Position numbers and translations under genes: made by a program. Below the pieces are notes generated by a model. That model saw only the letters and a program-made list of their open reading frames with translations, did not search any database and had not been told where the DNA came from. From NCBI GenBank assembly GCA_040260805.1, contig JBDQPD010000027.1:1-36561 (forward strand): 36,561 nt of DNA. Reading direction: 5' to 3'. Positions 35,453-36,561 of the stretch are shown in pieces. Within the stretch, counting starts at the first letter, position 1; each line of letters begins with the position of its first letter. The stretch is from Myxococcota bacterium (GTDB lineage: Bacteria; Myxococcota; UBA4151).

Positions 35453-36561
35453 CTAGACCAAGCGATCAACCCAAGCCTCATAGGCATCGATGTCGATTCG
35501 CTGTTCATGCGCTGCGCTTGAGCGCCCTCGGACGGTGCCAAGGATCGGTTGTTCGGGTTTAAATGGGCGATCGAACAGACCGAGGCACCAATACAAACCG
35601 CCGTAGGAGTTGGGGTCGCGACCATCCAAAGCGTAGCGGTTGTTGAGCTCGACGAGCAGACGCCTTGCTTGCTCTGGAGAGGCTGCCCATTGAACGATCT
35701 GCTTGCCCCAGGTCATCCGAACGTTGTTGTGCAGCTCGCCATGGCGCAGCAGCGAGCGTTGGCAGGCATCCCAGAGGCGATCGCCGGTTTGGGCTTGGTG
35801 CAGTTGCTCATCGGTGTAGGTGGCATGGCGCGTGTCGCCTTGGTGAGCGCGCAGTGTTTTGAGGGCCCAATCAGGCAGCACCTCCATGCTGTGGACATCG
35901 GCCTGAAAAGCGCACCAAGCGTGCGCTAGTTCACGCCAGATCAGCAGCTCGTCGAGCCACTTCTCCGGTCCTTTGCCTCCCATTTGGCGGGCTTGGTCCG
36001 CCAGGCGAAACGGGGAGATCATGCCGTAATGAAGGTAGGCTGAGAGTCGGCTGACGCTGTCGATATATGGGGAGTTTCGGCGCGCGGCGTAGTGCTCCAA
36101 GCCTCCGCCCGAGCAGAAGGCTTCCCAGCGAGCGTAGCCGGCCTGTGTCCCGCCCCGAGTCGCGGTAATCGGCGAGACGCTGTGATCGATCGAGCATTGA
36201 GCGACCAGCTCCGCCGTATTTTGGCTCGTCAAGTTCACCGGCTCATAGGGTAAATCGATGGGGATAAAGGCAGGCTGTTTGACCGGGTGATCCGACCAGC
36301 CTGCGCGCAGTTGCTTCTTACGTCGCGCATCGTATTTCTTTCGAAAGATAAAGGCACGGTCGACCGGCTCTTGGACAAACATCATGGGTAGAATGCACGC
36401 CGTATCGACCACCCAAACGGGCGTCTGAACTCGCTCGTGCAATCGGCGGGTCCATTGGACCAAGGGTGGCACCGGGAGGTCTTCGGTCACGACGAGGGCA
36501 GCGCGCTGAGCGAACGCTACCCCCACGCATCCGACCGTCACCACACCTTCATCCTCGAGGG
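35453..36561 (-). CDS. DNA photolyase, class II-like, 5' end probably beyond the window
   Basis: VSRLSAYLHYGMISP, DELLIWRELA, TGDRLWDACQ, GELHNNVRMTWGK, NNRYALDGRDPNSY, GLFDRPF. Frame stays open to the right edge. Confidence 0.9.
   Translation of the reverse strand, partial: LEDEGVVTVGCVGVAFAQRAALVVTEDLPVPPLVQWTRRLHERVQTPVWVVDTACILPMMFVQEPVDRAFIFRKKYDARRKKQLRAGWSDHPVKQPAFIPIDLPYEPVNLTSQNTAELVAQCSIDHSVSPITATRGGTQAGYARWEAFCSGGGLEHYAARRNSPYIDSVSRLSAYLHYGMISPFRLADQARQMGGKGPEKWLDELLIWRELAHAWCAFQADVHSMEVLPDWALKTLRAHQGDTRHATYTDEQLHQAQTGDRLWDACQRSLLRHGELHNNVRMTWGKQIVQWAASPEQARRLLVELNNRYALDGRDPNSYGGLYWCLGLFDRPFKPEQPILGTVRGRSSAAHEQRIDIDAYEAWVDRLV

Overview
Gene-dense, GC-rich bacterial window (about 59% GC by eye), most likely from a member of Myxococcota given the myxobacterial Cys-rich repeats, many lipoproteins and DAG-rich linkers. 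I see no rRNA, tRNA, CRISPR array or transposase. (1) 1-9226: an alpha-glucan locus with three lipid-anchored GH13 enzymes (one missing from the ORF track because it runs off the left edge, one a lipoprotein isoamylase), a LamB-like porin and a GT35 glucan phosphorylase carrying a 1-nt frameshift at about 5443. (2) 9223-28376: an accessory stretch with a 708-aa protein showing a gingipain/caspase-like His-Cys motif pair, an FG-GAP propeller lipoprotein, an RRM protein, an orphan N6/N4 DNA methyltransferase, a vanadium-haloperoxidase/PAP2-type protein with an altered PAMH motif, two large Cys-repeat surface lipoproteins, MOSC, GAF-adenylate cyclase, ACT, DUF952, FMN reductase and a pirin with a possible Tat-lipoprotein extension. 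(3) 29514-33341: a tyrosine catabolic cluster (fahA-maiA, marR, hppD) with no hmgA but a VOC-fold gene directly after hppD, a candidate alternative homogentisate dioxygenase. (4) An esterase, a YHYH protein and a partial class II photolyase. All family calls come from motif recognition by eye; no database search was run.
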